DNA of 64,000 nucleotides from Bacteroidales bacterium (GTDB taxonomy: Bacteria > Bacteroidota > Bacteroidia > Bacteroidales > UBA3663). Below the pieces are notes generated by a model. It had not been told where the DNA came from. It saw only the letters and a program-made list of their open reading frames with translations, and searched no databases. Shown in pieces: positions 63,305 to 64,000 of this stretch (position 1 is its first letter; each line of letters starts with the position of its first letter). The position numbers and the translations under genes are program-made. The stretch spans positions 2,809-66,808 of the forward strand of contig JAZRVB010000162.1 in assembly GCA_045598885.1 (NCBI GenBank). The letters run 5' to 3'.

Positions 63305-63672
63305 CCCCCTCAAAGATTGAGGGGACGAGGAGCGTAGCATAAGCGGAGCGACATGAGGGGAGTTGAAAGGCCATAATGCAGCAAGGCGTGAAGCAGCGCA
63401 TGGAGGATGGCGTCAGGAGCAGGCACCGTCCAAAGCCCGTAGGGCTGCGTTTGCCTGCGAGTAGTCAGACACCGTGCGATGTAGCCTTGCGGAATGTAGG
63501 CCCGACTTTTTCTCCCTCTACTCTTTTGTGTCATGGACAAAAGAGTGGAGCCCCCTCCGGGTAGGAGTCCCCTCTGGAAAGAGTCCCCTCCGGGTAGGAG
63601 TCCCCTCTGGAAAGAGCCCCTCCGGGTAGGAGCCCCCTCTGGAAAGAGCCCCTCCGGGTAGGAGAGAGTATC
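63305..63672 (-). repeat. element R: inverted, diverged copy of element L
   Basis: The 53-nt block 63318-63370 is nearly identical to the reverse complement of 63161-63213. The rest is diverged but collinear. Confidence 0.85.
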
Positions 63673-63795
63673 ATTATGCCAACTACCCATCGATAAAATA
63701 TGTTATACAACATAATTGCAATTTGTGCAACCGATTGAATTGCCGTGATAAGATAAAAAAGTGTCAAAAAATTTTGATGCTTGGCGAATTTCAAT

Positions 63796-63803
63796 TATCT
63801 TTG
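63796..63803 (+). promoter_or_regulatory. -7 promoter box (TATCTTTG) for ppdK
   Basis: TAnnTTTG about 130 nt upstream of the ATG at 63933. Confidence 0.45.
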
Positions 63804-63932
63804 CGCTCCGTAACACAAGACCATATAAATAGCATTTATATATTAATGAAGAAGCGTCAGGACTCTCCCTGGCGGCCAATCATAGTGATGAATTATACAT
63901 AACTTAAATCAATCAAACACTGTTTTTTCACT

Positions 63933-64000
63933 ATGGCAGAAAACAAAAAACGCGTTTATACCTTTGGTAACGGTAAGGCTGAAGGTAATGCAAACATGCG
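63933..64000 (+). CDS. ppdK: pyruvate, phosphate dikinase, first 22 codons (continues beyond the window)
   Basis: MAENKKRVYTFGNGKAEGNANM matches the conserved PPDK N-terminus (KRVYxFGxGKAEGN). Confidence 0.7.
   Translation, partial: MAENKKRVYTFGNGKAEGNANM

Noticed and set aside
62858-63794. ORFs with GSFQRGLLPEG/GGDSFQRGLLPGG repeats in both arms of the inverted pair (for example 62899-63099 plus strand and 63310-63690 minus strand).
   Set aside because: Differences between the two copies are compensatory in DNA/RNA stems rather than synonymous. The peptide similarity decays immediately outside the G-rich repeats, and stops differ between the copies.
1-64000. A search for tRNA, rRNA, tmRNA, integrase/transposase, restriction-modification, toxin-antitoxin or other defence genes.
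   Set aside because: No cloverleaf-like or rRNA-like sequence and no such protein motifs were recognised in any ORF. This by-eye scan cannot exclude small RNAs.

Overview
This 64-kb window reads like core chromosome of a Prevotella/Segatella-type Bacteroidales genome. That placement is an inference from several observations: TAnnTTTG -7 promoter boxes about 20-130 nt upstream of many starts, no Shine-Dalgarno sites, a T9SS type-B sorting domain, a UpxY-type NusG paralog, and the layout of the B12 uptake locus.

About 48 protein genes can be supported:
- lysine synthesis: dapF and dapL
- a GH43 enzyme, an SDR and a purine permease
- an RND efflux operon (adaptor, pump, TolC)
- a 1127-aa c-di-GMP signalling protein
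- greA
- a cobalamin-riboswitch-controlled B12 uptake operon: TonB-dependent receptor, beta-propeller lipoprotein, DUF4465 protein, substrate-binding protein and permease
- radA, recQ, recJ, rsmG, proA and tsaD
- a 1874-aa alpha-2-macroglobulin-like protein
- a Kdo/LicD/YfhO glycan-assembly cluster
- a NusG/UpxY paralog
- the 5' end of ppdK

I saw no rRNA, tRNA, CRISPR array, transposase, integrase or recognisable defence genes, and I could not identify a convincing new protein-coding system.

The structure that the genes do not explain is non-coding or repeat-based:
1. Three tandem arrays share one strict 42-bp architecture (7-mer, 16 nt, inverted 7-mer, 12 nt).
2. CTCACTC heptamer tracts sit in frame inside four unrelated ORFs.
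3. A 58-64-bp palindromic insert occurs once nested in an intergenic palindrome and once in frame inside a glycosyltransferase gene. Its central stem differs between the copies by fully compensatory changes.
4. A head-to-head pair of diverged ~320-370-bp elements lies downstream of the NusG paralog. Their predicted stems co-vary, so this is a candidate structured RNA or REP/PATE-like element.
5. Short words are duplicated at many gene junctions.

Protein-level oddities are the inactive-GGDEF/EAL/dCache/GGDEF fusion, the B12 ABC system without an ATPase gene, and a DUF4250-ProA fusion. All family assignments come from motifs read by eye in the translations. No database search was run.
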